Counted from the stretch's first letter, positions 49,072-59,890 are shown. The stretch: DNA of 64,000 bases from Chitinophagales bacterium (GCA_038241275.1 JBBRFX010000002.1:6218-70217), one strand, 5' to 3'. Numbers and translations: made by a program. The notes: generated by a model from the letters alone, not told the origin.

Positions 49072-49731
49072 CTATTTAAACATCAATTTCTGAACTTCTT
49101 CTTTATTTTCTTTTTCTTTTTTAAGATCAAACATGGTTCCAAAAACATGGTCCCACAGCGTGCTGCTCACGCCAAAACCTAAATCGTTTTCTTTATAATG
49201 ATGAAGGTGATGATTGCGCCACAGGCTCTTCATCCATTTAAAAGGCGGATTCATTGCATGGATGGCATAATGCATACTGCCATAAATAAGGTATCCCAAC
49301 ATAAATCCCGGAAAAAAAGGAAATGCCATATTACCCATGATTAAAAAGAACACAAGAAAAAAAATGGATGCAATGATAAGGCTTGGTACGGCAGGCATAA
49401 ATAATCTTTCCTTATCTCTCGGATACTCATGATGATTACCATGTAACACATAATTAATCCGTTTGCCTCTTTCTGATTGGGGGTGGTAATGAAAAACAAA
49501 GCGATGCAAAATATATTCCGTGAAACTCCAGAAAAACATACCAAAAATAAAAATAGCCGCTACATTAAATGAAGGAAAATCTAATGTATTGATCGCATAA
49601 TAGGGCAAAAATATTAATATGGGCAAATACATGCCCCATATTACTAAAGGGTGTGTTTTAGTAAGATATTCCAGGTATTGATTTTTAAAAAGCTGTGCCT
49701 GGCCTTTGTTGTGAATTTTTTCGAACTTCAT
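49072..49731 (-). CDS. Fatty-acid hydroxylase/sterol desaturase family
   Basis: His boxes HRFVFH, HGNHH, HYAIH, HHLHH. Confidence 0.92.
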   Translation of the reverse strand: MKFEKIHNKGQAQLFKNQYLEYLTKTHPLVIWGMYLPILIFLPYYAINTLDFPSFNVAAIFIFGMFFWSFTEYILHRFVFHYHPQSERGKRINYVLHGNHHEYPRDKERLFMPAVPSLIIASIFFLVFFLIMGNMAFPFFPGFMLGYLIYGSMHYAIHAMNPPFKWMKSLWRNHHLHHYKENDLGFGVSSTLWDHVFGTMFDLKKEKENKEEVQKLMFK

Positions 49732-49928
49732 TGTACAGAGAATTAATGCAAATATAAATCATTGCTTTTTAAAAGTTAGCTAATACTATGATAGGCGGTT
49801 GAATATATAAATAAAATATAATTTTTAATGGTATTATGCCTGTGAAGTCTAAAAATGTGCCAAACTCCGCATGTCTTTCTTAAATGAGGGGTTGTTTATT
49901 ACTATTTTTGTTCCCTAAAATTGAAGCC

Positions 49929-50939
49929 ATGAAATTAGTAACCTATTTAAAAAATAACCATCCTCAACTGGCATTATTGGTAGATGGAAAGTTGTATGAT
50001 ACAGAAAAGCTTCATCCCGATCTGCCAGAAAGCATGGCAATGTTTTTAAACTATTGGGATGATGTAATGCCACTTGCAAAGGCCGTTGAGCAAAGGATAA
50101 AAGAAGGCCTTGTACGAAATGTAATGGCTAAAACATTTGAAGAAGAAGTAATTATTGCCCCTGTACCCCACCCTTCAAGTTGCAGGGATGGTTATGCTTT
50201 TCGCCAGCATGTGGCTGCTGCAAGGCGGAACCGAAAAGTAGATATGATACCCGAATTTGACCAATACCCCATTTTTTATTTTACTAATCATAACAGCATA
50301 CAGGGCCCCGGAGATGTTTATTGTATGCCGGATCATTTTGAAAAACTTGATTTTGAACTGGAAGTAGCTATAGTGATAAACCGGCCTTGCAGAAATATTA
50401 AGGCAGCAGATGCGGATGCATATATAGGAGGCCTGATGATTATGAATGATTTGAGTGCAAGAAGATTACAAATGGAAGAAATGCTGCTCAATCTTGGCCC
50501 GGCTAAAGGAAAAGATTTTGCAACCTGCATCGGACCCATGTTGGTTACCCTTGATGAACTGGAAGAATATGAAGTGCCCTGCAAAGAGAATCATACCGGA
50601 AAAGCATGGAACCTTGGAATGAAATGTAGGGTAAATGGAGCACAGGTTAGTGCAGGAAATGTGAGTGAAATGGACTGGACCTTTGCAGAAATTATTGAGC
50701 GTTGCAGTTATGGCGTAAATCTTTTTCCGGGAGATGTAATTGGAAGTGGTACGGTGGGTACCGGTTGTTTTCTTGAGCTGAATGGCACAGGAAAATTTAA
50801 TGATGCCAACTATCCGGAACAGTGGCTGCAGCCAGGGGATGTGGTAGAAATGGAAATTGATGGGCTGGGAAAACTGAGTAATACGATGGTGATGGAAGAT
50901 TCTGATTTTTCAATCTTAGCATTAAAAAAAAATGGATAA
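49929..50939 (+). CDS. Fumarylacetoacetate hydrolase family protein
   Basis: LDFELE, MNDLSAR, KGKDF, GDVIGSGT. Confidence 0.9.
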   Translation: MKLVTYLKNNHPQLALLVDGKLYDTEKLHPDLPESMAMFLNYWDDVMPLAKAVEQRIKEGLVRNVMAKTFEEEVIIAPVPHPSSCRDGYAFRQHVAAARRNRKVDMIPEFDQYPIFYFTNHNSIQGPGDVYCMPDHFEKLDFELEVAIVINRPCRNIKAADADAYIGGLMIMNDLSARRLQMEEMLLNLGPAKGKDFATCIGPMLVTLDELEEYEVPCKENHTGKAWNLGMKCRVNGAQVSAGNVSEMDWTFAEIIERCSYGVNLFPGDVIGSGTVGTGCFLELNGTGKFNDANYPEQWLQPGDVVEMEIDGLGKLSNTMVMEDSDFSILALKKNG

Positions 50940-51819
50940 AGTAATCATTCTAAAAGATATTAGTCCCATGGATGTTCAAAACTACCTGCAGCATGCTATT
51001 GCTCCCAGGCCTATTTGTTTTGCATCTACCATAGATAAGGATGGAAATATTAATTTAAGCCCCTTTAGTTTTTTCAATTTATTTTCTTCCAATCCGCCCA
51101 TCGTTATTTTTTCCCCGGCAAGAAGAGTGAGAGATAATACAACCAAGCATACTTTACAAAATGTTATGGAGCTGCCAGAGGTAGTTATTAATATTGTTGA
51201 TTATGATATGGTGCAACAAACATCCCTGGCAAGTTGTGAGTTTGCCAAAGGAATAAATGAATTTGAAAAAGCAGGGTTTACCATGCAGCCCGCTACCATG
51301 GTTAAGCCACCTATGGTAAAGGAAAGCAAGATAAAATTAGAATGTAAAGTTGTTGAGGTAAAGCCATTGGGGAATGAAGGTGGTGCCGGCAATTTAGTCA
51401 TTTGCGAAGTGTTGGTAATGCATATTGATGAAAGCATCCTGGATGAAAACAATAAGATTGATCAAACAAAAATGCATCATGTAGCAAGGCTTGGCGGAGA
51501 TTGGTATTGCAAAGTAGATGAAACCAGTTTATTTAAAGTAGCCAAACCCAATACACAGTTGGGTATAGGTATAGATGCTCTACCGGAAGGTATCCGCAAC
51601 AGTAAAATTTTATCAGGTAATCACCTTGGGCAACTGGCTAATGTAAGCGAACTGCCTTTTGTAGACCCCGCTTTTAATGATGATCAATTGAAAAATATTA
51701 TTCAATATTTTTCAATTGATCCTATTGATATGGAAATAGAATTGCATAATTATGCTAAGGCTCTGTTAGACCAGGATAAGGCAAATGAGGCCTGGCAGGT
51801 ATTACTGGCTTTAAATTAA
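50932..51819 (+). CDS. Flavin reductase-like (DIM6/NTAB) family protein
   Basis: APRPICFAST, NLSPFSFFN, ARLGG.WY. Confidence 0.88.
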   Translation: MDKVIILKDISPMDVQNYLQHAIAPRPICFASTIDKDGNINLSPFSFFNLFSSNPPIVIFSPARRVRDNTTKHTLQNVMELPEVVINIVDYDMVQQTSLASCEFAKGINEFEKAGFTMQPATMVKPPMVKESKIKLECKVVEVKPLGNEGGAGNLVICEVLVMHIDESILDENNKIDQTKMHHVARLGGDWYCKVDETSLFKVAKPNTQLGIGIDALPEGIRNSKILSGNHLGQLANVSELPFVDPAFNDDQLKNIIQYFSIDPIDMEIELHNYAKALLDQDKANEAWQVLLALN

Positions 51820-51837
51820 TTATTGTAAATTTGGTTA

Positions 51838-52386
51838 ATGTCATCTGCAGTAAAAATATTACCACATTATACTTACGATGAGTATTGCCTATGGGAAGGA
51901 CGGTGGGAATTAATAGAGGGCATACCTTATGCAATGAGTCCGGCACCATCACCAAGGCACCAGTGGATAAGCAATAATATTAAGTACGAATTAAAAGATG
52001 CCATAAAAAAGTCAGGTTGTCAAAATTGTAAAGTGTACGATTTTATAGATATCAAAGTTGCTGAAGATACTATTCTGCAACCGGATGCACTTGTTGTTTG
52101 TAAAGATATCATCAAACCCTTTCTTGATTTTCCTGCTGCGTTGATAGTAGAAGTTTTATCTCCCTCTACAGCAATGAAAGACAGAAATAATAAATTCTAT
52201 ATTTACCAGTCACAAAAAATCCCTTACTATATAATTATTGATGCAGATAAAAATGAAATAGAAGTTTATCATCTTAAAGAAAATGATAAATATGAGTTGG
52301 AAAAAACAGGCAATTCATTGCCCTATACATTTCGTTTAGATGCGTACTGTTCTGCTGATGTAGTACTTAATAATATTTGGCATTAG
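51838..52386 (+). CDS. Uma2 family endonuclease
   Basis: ELIEG...MSPAP..HQ, QPD, VEVLSPST...D...K. Confidence 0.9.
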   Translation: MSSAVKILPHYTYDEYCLWEGRWELIEGIPYAMSPAPSPRHQWISNNIKYELKDAIKKSGCQNCKVYDFIDIKVAEDTILQPDALVVCKDIIKPFLDFPAALIVEVLSPSTAMKDRNNKFYIYQSQKIPYYIIIDADKNEIEVYHLKENDKYELEKTGNSLPYTFRLDAYCSADVVLNNIWH

Positions 52387-52490
52387 TGAGTTACGGGTAC
52401 TAATTATATAAAAAAGTAACGATAGTATAGTAACTGAAAATTAATGAGCCTTTAACTGTTGATCCTTCTTTAAAAATTTAAATTCGCTGA

Positions 52491-53552
52491 ATGAAGAAGT
52501 TGATGCTATTACTTTTCTTTCCCTTTGTTTGTTTTTCTCAACAAAAATATGATTACAAAAATCTGGTGCTGGAAGGCGGGGGTGTCCGGGGGCTGGCATA
52601 TGCTGGTGTTTTTAGTGTATTAGAAGATAATGGGGTTTTAAATAAAATTGAAAATGTAGCCGGATCTTCAGCAGGAGCTATAGCAGGTATGATGGTTAGT
52701 ATCGGGTATACTGCAGCCGAAATTGACAGCCTCATGATTGAATTACCTGTGCAACAATTTAATGATGGCAAAGGGGGGCTTTTGGGAAAATATAAAAGAT
52801 TTAAAAAGGAATTTGGCATTTATAAAGGAAAGGCTTTTGAAAAATGGTTGCAAAAGGTAGTATCATTTAAAACAGGTAACCCCCAATTAACCTTTAATGA
52901 ACTTCATCAGTTACATCTTACTAATCCTCTTTACAAAGATTTTTATTGTACGGGTACCAATTTAAGCAAGCAGCAACTTGAAATATTTTCTTATCGTACA
53001 ACTCCTGATATGCCTTTGGCCCTTGCGGCAAGAATCAGCGGTGGCATTCCCTTGTATTTTGCACCTGTAGCCCTGGATAACAACATGCAAAAAATTAAGA
53101 AAAAAGATACCCTCTCTTTTATTAATTATTATGTAGATGGTGGAATGTTGAGCAATTATCCTATCAGTATGTTTGATACCTGTGAGCAAGGAGGTTTAAA
53201 CCCTTTGTTATGCGATAAAATAAAGTTTAATACACAAACCATCGGTATTAAAATGGAGCGGCCGCAGCAAATAGACTCCTTATACAATAACAGTATCAGC
53301 ATACCCTCTTATACCATTACCAAGCTTTCGGTTTACCTTGCTGCCTTCTCCAATCTTTTAATGGAAACACTTAGCAGAAAATACCCGGGCCTTGAAAATG
53401 AAAAGGGCAGGACCATTTATGTAAGCCAGGGAAATATTTCCTCCCAAATAAAAAAAACAAAGGAGCAGGATAAACTGCTCCTTTATGAAAACGGGGTAAA
53501 GGCAGCGGAAGACTTTTTCACGCCGCAAGATACCGGATCCCTCTTGCGATAA
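52491..53552 (+). CDS. Patatin-like phospholipase (exported)
   Basis: GGGVRG, GSSAG, DGG motifs. Confidence 0.92.
   Translation: MKKLMLLLFFPFVCFSQQKYDYKNLVLEGGGVRGLAYAGVFSVLEDNGVLNKIENVAGSSAGAIAGMMVSIGYTAAEIDSLMIELPVQQFNDGKGGLLGKYKRFKKEFGIYKGKAFEKWLQKVVSFKTGNPQLTFNELHQLHLTNPLYKDFYCTGTNLSKQQLEIFSYRTTPDMPLALAARISGGIPLYFAPVALDNNMQKIKKKDTLSFINYYVDGGMLSNYPISMFDTCEQGGLNPLLCDKIKFNTQTIGIKMERPQQIDSLYNNSISIPSYTITKLSVYLAAFSNLLMETLSRKYPGLENEKGRTIYVSQGNISSQIKKTKEQDKLLLYENGVKAAEDFFTPQDTGSLLR
53454..53494 (+). repeat. 41-bp direct repeat (patatin 3' end), copy 1
   Basis: AAAACAAAGGAGCAGGATAAACTGCTCCTTTATGAAAACGG identical to 57002-57042. Confidence 0.95.
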
Positions 53553-53671
53553 ATACCCATGGTTCAGCGGAGTTGAAGCTTATTGAAATATATTTGGCAA
53601 TAATTTTGTTGTTAAAGTGTTTTGACAATATATTTGTTGTCAAATAAAAATAACAATTAAAATGTTTTCAA

Positions 53672-54859
53672 ATGGATAAACCCTGGATAGGTCCTAAGAT
53701 AATCATAGGTAATACAGCTACGGGAAGTTATTATTTCCATCGTCCACACATTGTAACAAACATTTGGGAAGAGCTCGAAAAGGGCAATAATGCACTTATT
53801 GCAGCCCCCCGTAGAGTTGGTAAATCTTCTGTAATGGTATTTATGGCCAACAACTGCCCGGATGGCTATTACTGTGTTTTTGAAAATATACAGGGAATTA
53901 AATCTGAAACGGAGTTTTATAAACGGTTTTATGAATTAATAATAAAATGCCTCAGACCTGTTCAGCAGTCCATGGCCTGGCTTAAGAAAATTTGGAAGGA
54001 GCATAAAATCGAAGAAATCTCCTTAAGTGGATCGATCAAACTTAAAGACACTGTTGTTGATTATCTGCACGAAATTGACATGCTGCTTCCTAAACTAAAT
54101 AACAGCGAACTCAAAGTTGTTTTGTTTATAGATGAACTCCCAGAGGTACTTCATAAACTCAATAAACAAGGCAAAACTCAGGAGGCAGTTTCAATTCTTA
54201 AAAATTTAAGAAGATGGCGGCAGGAAGAGCAGTTCAACAATCTTCGTCTGGTACTGGCAGGTTCTATCGGTATTCATTATGTGGTGAAATCTATTGAAGG
54301 AAGAACAACTGATATCAATGATTTTAATCCGATTCAATTTGAAGCACTCACACAAGAGGAAGCAATAGTTTATCTAACCTGGGCTACAGACAACAACGCA
54401 ACGGTTCTTTATGATAAACAACATGCCGGTTACCTGCTTTCAAAAATTCAATACTACGTTCCATACTTCATCAACCTCATGCTTGATGAAATAAATAAAA
54501 GAGCAAAGAAGAATAACAACCCGATAATCAGCAAGGCTGATATTGACCATGCTTACGAAACGGTTGTAAAATCAACAGATCATTTCAAGGATTGGAAGAG
54601 CCGTCTATTTGAATATATGCCTAAAGACGAAGTCAATTTTGTAAATGAAATACTCATACATATTGCACACAAAGACATAATTAATCAGCAAAAAATTCAT
54701 GACATCGCAGTAAAGCATAATAAGGCAGATGAAAGAATGGACTTAATAGACGGGCTGGAAAAAGATGGATACATCACAGAGCAAAATGAAAATTATATGT
54801 TTCAATCTCCATTCTTAAAAACTTTCTGGAAACGCAATAATCCTATTTACCATGGATAA
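53672..54859 (+). CDS. P-loop AAA/STAND-like ATPase with C-terminal winged helix
   Basis: Walker A APRRVGKS, Walker B LFIDE, LAGS sensor. Confidence 0.8.
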   Translation: MDKPWIGPKIIIGNTATGSYYFHRPHIVTNIWEELEKGNNALIAAPRRVGKSSVMVFMANNCPDGYYCVFENIQGIKSETEFYKRFYELIIKCLRPVQQSMAWLKKIWKEHKIEEISLSGSIKLKDTVVDYLHEIDMLLPKLNNSELKVVLFIDELPEVLHKLNKQGKTQEAVSILKNLRRWRQEEQFNNLRLVLAGSIGIHYVVKSIEGRTTDINDFNPIQFEALTQEEAIVYLTWATDNNATVLYDKQHAGYLLSKIQYYVPYFINLMLDEINKRAKKNNNPIISKADIDHAYETVVKSTDHFKDWKSRLFEYMPKDEVNFVNEILIHIAHKDIINQQKIHDIAVKHNKADERMDLIDGLEKDGYITEQNENYMFQSPFLKTFWKRNNPIYHG

Positions 54860-56999
54860 AAATAAAAACATACAGGCACAAACCAGTAACTGGTTTGTAG
54901 ATAGGCTCAGCCTTTACCAATCCGCCAATACAGATAATTCTTCCATCAAAAATAATTTTGTAATAAGGAAGGCAGAGTTTGAAATAATTATCAGCGATCT
55001 GAAAAACAAATCAGGTGAAGACCCTTTGCAACATGAGTTGATCCTGGGAAGAAGAGGCAGTGGCAAATCTACGCTGCTCAGGCGCATACAGGCAGAAATT
55101 GAAGAAAACAAAACGCTGCAAAAAAAATATATCGCCATCAACCTGGCGGAAGAGCAGGCAGGCATTTATCGTTTGTCTGATTTATGGGAGGAAGTAATAA
55201 AAGAACTGGCCGCTACACCGGGTAAGCCAATACAGGTAAAGGCATATAGTGAATTTAAAAGCGACCACGAATACTCAAGATATCTATTCGACATTATTCA
55301 CGAAACACTTGTAAAACAACAAAAAAAAGTAGTGCTGCTGTTGGATAATTTTGACCGTATTGTAGGCAACTTTACTGATGATGGCCACTTGCTCAGGGAG
55401 ATCCTGCTCAACTTTAACGATATACAATTGATTGCGGGCAGCACCCGAATGGATGAACATTTTTGGCAATACGATCAGCCGTTTTATGAATTTTTCAGGC
55501 GGCACCGGCTGGAAGCACTAAGCACAAAAGAAATTGTTGAATTGCTCAACCATTGGAGCAATGTAATGCAGCTTCCCCAACTTGCGGCATTTGCAAAAAA
55601 CAATATCGGCAAAATAGAAGCCATCCGTATTTTGACAGATGGTCTGCCACGCACCCTGCAGTTCTTCATACAAATACTGTTGCAAAACTCCGAGCTGTAT
55701 GGTTACGAATACCTGCGTAAAGTAATGGACAATGTAACTACGCTTTACCAGGAGCGGCTGAATAACCTGCCTGCAGCCCAAAGAAAAATAATTGCAGAAA
55801 TGGCTTTTATATGGGAGGCATGCGCCACCAAAGAGCTGGTAGAAAAATGCAGGATGGAAAGTAAACTGATATCTGCCAACGTAAAGCAACTGAGCAATGC
55901 CGGAATAATTGATACGATTACAACGGATAAAAAAAACCACCTCTACCGTATATCCGAGCGTTTTTTTAATATGTGGCTGATAGTTACACAGGGTAACCCG
56001 GACCAAAAAAGAAAAGCCAAATGGCTGAGTATTTTTTTAGAAAGCTGGTACGATGCCGCAGAATTAACACAATTAGCTATTGACCATATTGGAAATTTGA
56101 AAAATAAACAATTTGCTTACGATAAGGCACTGGTTTTTACAAAAGCATTTGCACAAAGCCGGTATATAACAACGATGCAAAGAGACGAGTTAATTGACCT
56201 AACCATGGCTTTGCAACCGAAGGGTTCAGATTTCTCTTTGCTCGCACTTCCAAAAAAATATGCAAACTTAGAAATCGAAATCAAAAAGTTAATAGGAGAT
56301 AAAAAACTTGATCATGCACATGAGTTAGTAGCAGAAATAGAAAATGAAGAAGATGGAATAAAGTTTTTTATTAAGGGTTATATTTTTCAATTAGAGAAGA
56401 ATTTTCCTGAATCTGAAAAAAATTATATTCTGGCTATTGAGAAGGGACATGTAAATGCCATCAATAATTTGGCAAATCTTTATATACACCTAAAACGATT
56501 TGAAGAAGCAGAAAAGTATTTCCTGATTGCGATTGACAATGGAGAGGTACTTGCATTCAATAATTTGGCAATGCTTTATTATGAACAGAATAATAAGACC
56601 AAAAATGCATTAGAACTGATTTCGGCATATAATAGCACGGCGAAGGGCGATATACTCGGTATGAAGAGTCAGATTATTATTGAAACCTGGAACGGTATTT
56701 TTGAAGATTTGAACAATAGGATATTGGCCATAATAAAAGAAAGCAGTTACGATAATCTTAATTGGTTTTTCACCCAATTATTAATACAAGAGCAACTTAA
56801 CCTGGTATTCAATTTATTTACAGATGCAGCACATGGCACCGAATTACAAAAACGATATCTACCGCTATACTATGCAATTATGTTGTTAAACAATAAAACA
56901 GAAAATAATTTAGCCCTGCGAATTCCGCCGGAGATAATGCCCACCGTAAACGATATGATGGGAACTGTTAAAGCGAAACAGAAGTTTTATCGGTCATAG
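54852..56999 (+). CDS. STAND-like NTPase with HTH and TPR/Sel1 repeats
   Basis: GRRGSGKS, LLLDNFD, DGLPR, AINNLANLY / AFNNLAMLY repeats. Confidence 0.8.
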   Translation: MDKNKNIQAQTSNWFVDRLSLYQSANTDNSSIKNNFVIRKAEFEIIISDLKNKSGEDPLQHELILGRRGSGKSTLLRRIQAEIEENKTLQKKYIAINLAEEQAGIYRLSDLWEEVIKELAATPGKPIQVKAYSEFKSDHEYSRYLFDIIHETLVKQQKKVVLLLDNFDRIVGNFTDDGHLLREILLNFNDIQLIAGSTRMDEHFWQYDQPFYEFFRRHRLEALSTKEIVELLNHWSNVMQLPQLAAFAKNNIGKIEAIRILTDGLPRTLQFFIQILLQNSELYGYEYLRKVMDNVTTLYQERLNNLPAAQRKIIAEMAFIWEACATKELVEKCRMESKLISANVKQLSNAGIIDTITTDKKNHLYRISERFFNMWLIVTQGNPDQKRKAKWLSIFLESWYDAAELTQLAIDHIGNLKNKQFAYDKALVFTKAFAQSRYITTMQRDELIDLTMALQPKGSDFSLLALPKKYANLEIEIKKLIGDKKLDHAHELVAEIENEEDGIKFFIKGYIFQLEKNFPESEKNYILAIEKGHVNAINNLANLYIHLKRFEEAEKYFLIAIDNGEVLAFNNLAMLYYEQNNKTKNALELISAYNSTAKGDILGMKSQIIIETWNGIFEDLNNRILAIIKESSYDNLNWFFTQLLIQEQLNLVFNLFTDAAHGTELQKRYLPLYYAIMLLNNKTENNLALRIPPEIMPTVNDMMGTVKAKQKFYRS

Positions 57000-57001
57000 A
57001 G

Positions 57002-57085
57002 AAAACAAAGGAGCAGGATAAACTGCTCCTTTATGAAAACGGCGTTAAAGCTGCTCAGAATTTTTTTTATAACAAGGATAATTAA
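57002..57085 (+). pseudogene. Displaced duplicate of the patatin 3' end
   Basis: Reads KTKEQDKLLLYENGVKAAQNFFYNKDN* versus patatin KTKEQDKLLLYENGVKAAEDFF. Confidence 0.85.
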
Positions 57086-57786
57086 AATTTCTGCCCAAAC
57101 ACTTTTCTTAAAATGTCTGTACTTCTTGCGGCAAAATTTGTCCTGATATTTATTTCTTCTTTTGCAATCAGATCAAACAATGCATTGGTGGCTCTTTCGG
57201 TTACAAATGAAGCAAGATCAGGATTGATTTTCCTAAAGGTTGTAGGAAGGTTATTGTATTTACTTACCAGGTCGCCATAATATTTGGTAGCATCTACTTT
57301 ATCCAATGATGATTTAATAACCGGGTTAAAAGCGGCCATTAGTTTAGATGTAGTTTTTACCCTGAAAAAATTAGTAGCGCTGGTATCACCATTTCTTACC
57401 AGGCCAATAGCATCTTGTAAAGTCATGCTTTTAATGGCATCAATAAAAATGGGTTTGGCAAAACCGGCTGCATCTTCGGCTCCACGATTTATCTGCAGGA
57501 TAGCTTTATCTACCATACTGTTTAACCCAATTGCTCTTAAAGTGTTTTCAATTTTTTTTGCATCGGGGGGCAATAATATCTTGTATGCTGCATCTTTAAA
57601 AAATCCATCCACAGCATTTAATTGAAATACAGATCTGTTCAATCCCTGGCCAAGCGCTTCTTTAATACCGAGAGCGGCTTCCTGTTGAGTAATACCACCA
57701 ATGCCTGTTGTGGTGGGTAAGTTGCTTAAAACATCGCATGAACTTAGGATGCCGGCAACGGAGATAAGGGTAAATAATTTTCGCAT
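57082..57786 (-). CDS. DUF4197 lipoprotein
   Basis: LSSC lipobox, GIKEAL, INRGAEDAA, IAKEE..IR. Confidence 0.88.
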   Translation of the reverse strand: MRKLFTLISVAGILSSCDVLSNLPTTTGIGGITQQEAALGIKEALGQGLNRSVFQLNAVDGFFKDAAYKILLPPDAKKIENTLRAIGLNSMVDKAILQINRGAEDAAGFAKPIFIDAIKSMTLQDAIGLVRNGDTSATNFFRVKTTSKLMAAFNPVIKSSLDKVDATKYYGDLVSKYNNLPTTFRKINPDLASFVTERATNALFDLIAKEEINIRTNFAARSTDILRKVFGQKF

Positions 57787-57904
57787 GGTTTAGTTGTTTA
57801 TCAAATAGTATTGCAACTATTTTGCCAAGTTGATGTTCCTGTAAAGTTAAATAGCATTTATATTTTACATTTTATAAGGGCTTGGCTGCCTGCCACACAA
57901 CATT

Positions 57905-57912
57905 TACCTTTG
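57905..57912 (+). promoter_or_regulatory. -7 promoter element (TAccTTTG) of lysS
   Basis: Consensus match 17 nt before ATG 57930. Confidence 0.65.
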
Positions 57913-57929
57913 CAGCCGAATTTAAAAAT

Positions 57930-59453
57930 ATGAGTACACAACATTTATCAGAGCAGGAGATCATCCGCAGAGAAAAATTGCAGGAGTTAAATAAATTAGG
58001 CATTAATGCTTATCCGGCCGCTTTATACCCGGTAAACACTACCTCTGTATACATTAAAGAAAATTATAAAGGCGAAGAAAACAAGCAGGATTTTGCTGAT
58101 GTATGTATTGCCGGCCGTATTATGAGTGTGCGGGATATGGGGAAAGCCAACTTCGCAGTACTGCAGGATGCAGCAGGCAAAATACAGTTTTACATTAAGC
58201 AGGATGATATTTGTCCCGGCGACGATAAAACCATGTACCAAACCGTTTGGAAAAAACTGCTGGACCTTGGCGATATCATCGGCATAAAAGGATATGTTTT
58301 TACAACCAAAACAGGTGAAACATCCATTCATGTAAAAGAATTTACCCTTTTATCTAAATCACTAAAACCTTTACCGGTAGTTAGAGAAAAAGAAGGTGAA
58401 ACCTTTGATGAAGTAACAGATCCTGAATTTCGTTATCGCCAGCGTTATGCAGACCTGATTGTAAACCCCGGTGTAAAAGAAGTATTTATCAAGCGTACAA
58501 AAATGATGAATGCTATCCGTGAATTTTTAAATGAACGGGGAGGGTTGGAAGTAGATACACCGGTGTTGCAAATTATTCCGGGCGGCGCTGCGGCAAGGCC
58601 CTTTAGCACACATCACAATGCTTTGGACACACCCATGTATATGCGTATTGCCAATGAGCTGTATTTAAAAAGACTCATCGTAGGTGGTTTTGAATGGGTG
58701 TATGAATTCAGCCGCAATTTTCGCAACGAAGGAATGGACAGAACCCATAACCCTGAATTTACTGTACTGGAATTTTATGTTGCGTATAAAGATTATGAGT
58801 GGATGATGGAAACCACGGAGCAGCTATTGGAAAGGGCTGCACTTGCTACCAATGGCTCCACAAAAGTATTGGCAGGAGAAAAAGAAATTGATTTTAAAGC
58901 ACCCTACAAAAGAATCACCATGTATGATTCCATCAAGGAATTTACAGGTTTTGATATTAGCGAAATGGATGAAGATGGGATAAGAAATGTGTGTAAGGAA
59001 TTAAAAATTCATGCAGATGAAAAATGGGGTAAAGGCAAACTAATAGATGAAATATTTGGCAATAAATGCGAGGGCAATTATATACAGCCCACTTTTATTA
59101 CAGACTACCCGGTAGAGATGAGTCCGCTTACAAAAAAGCATCGCAGCAAACCCGGTTTAGTAGAGCGTTTTGAGCTGATGTGTAATGGCAAAGAAATAGC
59201 CAATGCATACAGTGAGTTAAACGATCCCCTGGAACAAAGAGAACGTTTTGAAGAACAAACCAAACTCATGGAGCGTGGCGACGACGAAGCAATGTTTATT
59301 GATTATGATTTTTTAAGGGCATTGGAATATGGTATGCCACCTACCAGTGGAATTGGTTTTGGGATAGACAGAATAGCAATGTTGCTCACCAACCAGCATT
59401 CAATACAGGATGTATTGTTCTTCCCGATGATGCGCCCGGAAAATTTGGATTGA
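57930..59453 (+). CDS. lysS: Lysine--tRNA ligase (class II)
   Basis: YRQRY, GGAAARPF, FRNEG, HNPEF, YGMPPT.G.G.GIDR. Confidence 0.97.
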   Translation: MSTQHLSEQEIIRREKLQELNKLGINAYPAALYPVNTTSVYIKENYKGEENKQDFADVCIAGRIMSVRDMGKANFAVLQDAAGKIQFYIKQDDICPGDDKTMYQTVWKKLLDLGDIIGIKGYVFTTKTGETSIHVKEFTLLSKSLKPLPVVREKEGETFDEVTDPEFRYRQRYADLIVNPGVKEVFIKRTKMMNAIREFLNERGGLEVDTPVLQIIPGGAAARPFSTHHNALDTPMYMRIANELYLKRLIVGGFEWVYEFSRNFRNEGMDRTHNPEFTVLEFYVAYKDYEWMMETTEQLLERAALATNGSTKVLAGEKEIDFKAPYKRITMYDSIKEFTGFDISEMDEDGIRNVCKELKIHADEKWGKGKLIDEIFGNKCEGNYIQPTFITDYPVEMSPLTKKHRSKPGLVERFELMCNGKEIANAYSELNDPLEQRERFEEQTKLMERGDDEAMFIDYDFLRALEYGMPPTSGIGFGIDRIAMLLTNQHSIQDVLFFPMMRPENLD

Positions 59454-59687
59454 AAATATTGTGAGTAATTGTATGTTTTTACATATTGACAAATGAAATA
59501 AAAGTAAAATGTATCAAATAATTGATTAGCAATTTACTTTTATATTTCCGCTCATTTCATTTTCAAAAAGTTTATCTCTTTTCTACCACAAAATTATTAT
59601 TGTAGTATCAATACAAAATGTGAGAGCTGTTAATCAAATTTTCTATTGAGTGAAAATTTTATTAAATTCGTATCAAAATATTAAAAT

Positions 59688-59888
59688 ATGGAAAACATGC
59701 TTTTATATAGCAAACTTACTCAACTTCCGGACAACATAAAATCTGAGGTTTCTAATTTTATAGATTTTTTACTGAGTAAAAACAATAAATCTGTTAAAAA
59801 TAAACCAACGTTTGGAAGTGCTAAGGGAATGTTCAAAATGAAAAAGAATTTTGACCAACCGATCGAAGATTTTAAGGATTATCAATAA
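59688..59888 (+). CDS. DUF2281-type antitoxin
   Basis: LP...EV..FIDFL; FGSAKG...FDQPIEDFKDY. Confidence 0.85.
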   Translation: MENMLLYSKLTQLPDNIKSEVSNFIDFLLSKNNKSVKNKPTFGSAKGMFKMKKNFDQPIEDFKDYQ

Positions 59889-59890
59889 GT

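Noticed and set aside
52491-53552. Patatin as CBASS/Avs-type effector of the NTPase pair
   Set aside because: It has a signal peptide, lies mostly outside the repeat-bounded island, and no cyclase is present.
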